From Peterkaempfera bronchialis (GTDB lineage: Bacteria; Actinomycetota; Actinomycetes; Streptomycetales; Streptomycetaceae), in assembly GCF_003258605.2 (NCBI RefSeq), contig NZ_CP031264.1:5858232-5882231 (forward strand): a DNA stretch of 24,000 nucleotides, written 5' to 3'. The translations under genes and the position numbers were made by a program. Below the pieces are notes generated by a model. The model was not told the origin of the DNA and did not search any database. It saw nothing but the letters and a program-made list of their open reading frames with translations. The first letter of the stretch is position 1, and every line of letters starts with the position of its first letter. Positions 22,265-24,000 of the stretch are shown one piece after another.

Positions 22265-23214
22265 TTGTCCTCACCGAACTTGCTCAGCCGCAGATAGAGG
22301 ATCGAGCAGAAGAGCAGGATCACAAAGGCGGCCGTGGTCAGTGCCGAGCCGTAGCCGAAGTCGTAGGACTTGCGGGCGGTCTGGGCCACATAGAGCGGCA
22401 GGGTGGTGGTGGCGCCGGCCGGGCCGCCGCCGGTGAGGGTGTAGAGGAGGTCGACGTTGTTGAACTCCCAGACCCCGCGCAGCAGGGTGGCGAGCACGAT
22501 GGCGTCCCGCAGGTGCGGCAGCGTCACATGGCGGAAGCGGCGGATCCGTCCGGCGCCGTCCACCGAGGCCGCCTCGTACAGCTCCTTGGGGACGGATTGC
22601 AGGTCGGCGAGGATGAGGATGGCGAAGAAGGGGACGCCGCGCCAGAGTTCGGCGACGACCGCGGCGGAGAAGACCGTGTCGGGATCGCTGAGTACCGAGG
22701 TCCCCTGGCTGCCGAGGCCGGCGTCGGCGAGGTAGTGGAAGACGCCGGTGGCGGGGTTGTAGAGCAGCATCCAGATGCTGGTGGTCAGCACGCCGGAGAC
22801 GGCCCAGGGGGAGAAGACCAGGGCGCGGGCGACGGCCCGGCCGATGAAGGTCTCATTGACGATCAGGGCGAGTGCCAGGCCCAGCAGCAGTTGCAGGCCC
22901 ACCTCGGCGACCACCCACTTGGCGGTGAAGCCGAGGCTGTGCCAGAAGAGTTCGTCGTGCAGCAGCCTGCGGAAGTTGCCGAGGCCGGCGAAGCCGTCGT
23001 CCCAGGGCTCGGTGAGGTTGCGGTGCTGGAGGCTGTAGTAGACGACGCTGCCGATCGGGAGCAGCAGGAAGGTCGCCAGCAGCAGCAGCGTCGGGGAGAT
23101 CAGCGCATAGGGGGTCAGCGCCCGCCGCAGCCTGGGCGCCGAGGTGCGTGGGCGCGGTGCCGGCGGGGCGGGTTTCGGCCCGGTGCTTTCGATCCCGGTG
23201 TCGGCGAGAGCCAT
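22261..23214 (-). CDS. Carbohydrate ABC transporter permease (MalF type)
   Basis: ATG 23214 has aaggagg upstream. The EAA loop is VPKELYEAASVDGAGRIRRFRHVTLPHLR. The track ORF extension 23215-23571 has low GC3 and was discarded. Confidence 0.85.
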   Translation of the reverse strand: MALADTGIESTGPKPAPPAPRPRTSAPRLRRALTPYALISPTLLLLATFLLLPIGSVVYYSLQHRNLTEPWDDGFAGLGNFRRLLHDELFWHSLGFTAKWVVAEVGLQLLLGLALALIVNETFIGRAVARALVFSPWAVSGVLTTSIWMLLYNPATGVFHYLADAGLGSQGTSVLSDPDTVFSAAVVAELWRGVPFFAILILADLQSVPKELYEAASVDGAGRIRRFRHVTLPHLRDAIVLATLLRGVWEFNNVDLLYTLTGGGPAGATTTLPLYVAQTARKSYDFGYGSALTTAAFVILLFCSILYLRLSKFGEDK

Positions 23215-23576
23215 GGCTGTGCTCGCCTCCTTTCTTCCCAGGGCCGACGGTGGTCCGGCGGCGGTTGACGACAGTTCAGGATTGCCGTGACGCCGGTCAT
23301 CCTCGCCCGTCGCCAGCGCAACATCACCTTGGACGGCGTTCACATGCGTGGACACATTAGGCAGGTGCTGTAGCCGCGTCAAGACCCTTCTTCCGGAGAG
23401 AAGTATCAGGTTGTGCGAGGTGTTGGAGATCCCGTCGGCTCTGTGAGGCAGGGCTTTGCTGCTCATCCAGCGTTCAAGGATGTGTACAGCGGTCACAATG
23501 GTGTATAACGCTGTTGCGGTGGCCGCCCTTCGGGCCGCGTTCCCACCGAACCGACACCTAGGGAGAACCAACCCCC
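23215..23576. promoter_or_regulatory. Divergent promoter region between the ABC/uronate operon and kdgD (GC falls to ~52-57%)
   Basis: GC was hand-counted for 23401-23520. The region contains direct GTGTACA / GTGTATA elements 23 bp apart (start to start) and acagcg-N17-cgctgt. No regulator gene is visible in the window. Confidence 0.4.
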
Positions 23577-24000
23577 ATGTCCGAAAGCACCCAGCCCCTC
23601 GCCGACCGTCTCGACGGACTGCTGTTCTTCCCCGTCACCGCCTTCGGACCGGACGGGACGGTGGACCTTGCGGCGTTCCGGGCGCATGTGCGGGCCCGCG
23701 TGGACGCCGGTGCCGCCGCCGTCTTCGCCGCCTGCGGCACCGGCGAGTACCACGCGCTGGACCTGGACGAGTACGAGGCCGTGATCGCCGCCGCCGTCGC
23801 CGAGGTCGACGGCGCCGTCCCCGTGCTGGCCGGTGTCGGCCATGGCACCGCGCTGGCGCTGAAGTTCCTGGAGCGCGCCGAGCGGGCCGGTGCGGACGGG
23901 GTGCTCGCCATGCCGCCCTACCTGGTCAAGCCCGACCAGGCCGGTCTGCTGCGCCACTACACCGCGCTCGCCGACGCCACCGGCCTCGACATCATCGTCT
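23577..24000 (+). CDS. kdgD: 5-dehydro-4-deoxyglucarate dehydratase (DapA/NAL family), N-terminal part; runs off the window
   Basis: ATG 23577 has gggaga upstream. MSESTQPLADRLDGLLFFPVTAFGPDG...AVFAACGTGEYHALDLDEY...VPVLAGVG...AERAGADGVLAMPPYL matches the KdgD N-terminal pattern (LLSFPVT.F...GGTGEF). It is absent from the ORF track because no stop falls in the window. Confidence 0.8.
   Translation, partial: MSESTQPLADRLDGLLFFPVTAFGPDGTVDLAAFRAHVRARVDAGAAAVFAACGTGEYHALDLDEYEAVIAAAVAEVDGAVPVLAGVGHGTALALKFLERAERAGADGVLAMPPYLVKPDQAGLLRHYTALADATGLDIIV

Noticed and set aside
17894-22297. Long plus-strand ORFs (17894..20161, 19843..21498, 21092..22297) and off-frame minus ORFs (18366..19457, 21054..22274) over the uronate/ABC genes.
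   Set aside because: These are shadow ORFs. The minus-strand frames chosen carry clear SDR, enolase-superfamily, binding-protein and permease EAA-loop signatures.
23215-23571. A 119-codon N-terminal extension of the MalF-type permease ORF.
   Set aside because: GC3 and overall GC are low, and the region contains codons that are rare for Streptomyces. A strong AAGGAGG sits in front of ATG 23214, from which the typical permease N-terminus begins.
1-24000. CRISPR arrays, tRNA/rRNA genes, and transposase or integrase genes flanking the toxin locus.
   Set aside because: All tandem repeats seen are short (6-60 bp), contiguous and mostly in-frame within genes, with no spacer structure. No tRNA-like T-arm consensus or rRNA-like segments were seen. 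No recombinase-like ORF was seen on either strand.

Overview
High-GC, Streptomyces-like chromosomal window with about 24 supportable protein genes and no rRNA, tRNA, CRISPR or obvious mobile element. All calls rest on reading the translated ORFs; no database search was run. Left to right: (1) the tail of a sortase-like gene, then a lipoprotein / OmpR-type response regulator / HAMP histidine kinase operon joined by ATGA overlaps, organised like CseA-B-C. (2) A 548-bp non-coding gap, a small MerR regulator, and a convergent secreted alpha/beta hydrolase. (3) A divergent TetR / beta-hydroxyacid dehydrogenase pair with twin palindromic operators. (4) The most interesting part: a five-gene minus-strand locus (12373->6860). 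It encodes a WXG100-like N-terminal trafficking protein, translationally coupled to a separate SCP1.201/DddA-family deaminase toxin. These are followed by a SUKH-4 immunity protein, a second protein that fuses a SUKH-4 domain to a second deaminase domain, and a P-loop NTPase-WD40 protein whose Walker A lysine is replaced by arginine. The toxin domain lies in a clear GC trough. (5) A secreted SLT-type lytic transglycosylase behind a 459-bp leader. (6) A type III PKS cluster: rppA (tetrahydroxynaphthalene synthase), a CYP158-like P450 and an AccB-like carboxyltransferase. An unlisted 34-codon membrane-peptide ORF sits upstream of it. (7) An oxidative uronate/aldarate catabolic cluster: uronate dehydrogenase, an enolase-superfamily cycloisomerase/dehydratase, a sugar ABC binding protein with two permeases, and divergent kdgD. 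Many long ORFs in the six-frame track are Arg/Gly/Pro-rich shadows of real genes and were rejected.
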